64,000 nucleotides of DNA from Mobula hypostoma. Its lineage: Eukaryota. The notes beneath the pieces were generated by a model, which saw only the letters and a list, made by a program, of their open reading frames with translations, was not told the DNA's origin and made no database searches. The DNA is taken from the NCBI RefSeq assembly GCF_963921235.1, contig NC_086097.1:248932001-248996000 (forward strand), written 5' to 3'. This document shows, piece after piece, positions 63,051 to 64,000 of the stretch. The position numbers were made by a program, and so were the translations under genes. How positions within the stretch are numbered: the first letter of the stretch is position 1; each line of letters begins with the position of its first letter.

Positions 63051-63679
63051 ATGGGGGAGCAGACTCGATGGGCCAAGTGGCCTAATTCTGCTCCTGTATT
63101 TTATGGTCTGAAAATAAGCAAGAACTTACAACCCCATGATTCAGCCGGAAGGTGAAAGACGACATCCACCAGACAGGGTTACCAGATATAATGACAGAGT
63201 TAAATATACTGCAAATGTTTTAAAAAGTTGGATTTAGATTTGAAAAAGTCTTTTTTAAATGATGTGTGAGTAGAAGCAATTGAAAAGCACTTTCTAAGAA
63301 AAGTCATGGCCAGGATCATTTAGAAGTCTCCTTTATTCTCCATCTCACGATATTTCCAAGAAGATGACTAAAGCTGAAATTAAATTGTATTGACAAGTAC
63401 AATTTGTCCTCCACTGTACACTTATTTTTGATGTCAGTGCGGTCCATTTTTAGAGCAAGGCCAAGTTTTTATTGTTGGGAGCTGTCTCACTTGCAAAGCA
63501 GTCTACATTACTGACTTGACGAGATGACATTCAGAGACTGTGGGTTGTCCTGTTGGATCTCATTCAGCCACAGTTATCATGGGCTCCAAAATGCCTCCAT
63601 GTACCTCCGTGATTGGAGCCATGAAATGTCAGAAAGGCTTACACAGTTTTGGAGAATGGGAAATGAACTGGTAAATTTA

Positions 63680-64000
63680 ACACAGTGTCGGTAAGTGTAT
63701 GGTCATGCACTTTGGTAGAAGAAATAAAAGCATCAACTATTTTCTAAATGGAGATAAAATACAAAATTCTGAGGTGCAAAGGGACTTTGGAGCCGAGACT
63801 TTATAAAGCACTGGTGAGGCCTCACTTGGAGCAGTTTTTGGCCCCTTATCTAAGAAAGGATGTGTTGACATTGAGAGGGTTCAAGGAGGTTCACAAAAAT
63901 GATTCCAGAATTGAAAGGCTTGTCATATGAGGAGCGTTTGATGGCTCTGACCCTCTACTCACTAGAATTCAGAAGTATGAGGGTGACCTCATTGAAACCC
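63680..64000 (+). mobile_element. Decayed CR1 fragment running off the window
   Basis: RLYKALVRPHLEQFLAPYLRKDVLTL. Confidence 0.85.

Overview
Eukaryotic (vertebrate) genomic DNA. The CR1, Rex/Babar, Penelope and V-SINE repeat content suggests a cartilaginous fish, probably a ray (inference). There are no prokaryotic genes, rRNA, tRNA or CRISPR. The window is part of one long plus-strand multiplexin collagen gene, most like COL15A1. I find six phase-compatible GT-AG exons (3439-3513, 3605-3715, 25281-25461, 28022-28122, 54147-54320, 55377-55403; 669 nt, 223 aa), covering the end of the TSPN domain, a Ser-Gly/acidic hinge and the first Gly-X-Y segments. The introns are packed with decayed and nested retroelements (CR1, Rex/Babar-like, RTE, Penelope-like, SINEs, solo LTRs, one Tc1 relic) and three tandem arrays (31, 15 and ~30 bp units). 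The most notable hidden signal is a family of short Penelope-derived insertions carrying a minimal hammerhead ribozyme core (CTGAnGA..GAAACGTC). Three of them are fold-back hairpin units with 11-14 bp target-site duplications. Also notable: an apparent compensated frameshift inside a collagen exon, a candidate HDV-like ribozyme, and minisatellites that appear to have arisen from TE sequence. TE boundaries are approximate and family names come from motif recognition, not database searches.
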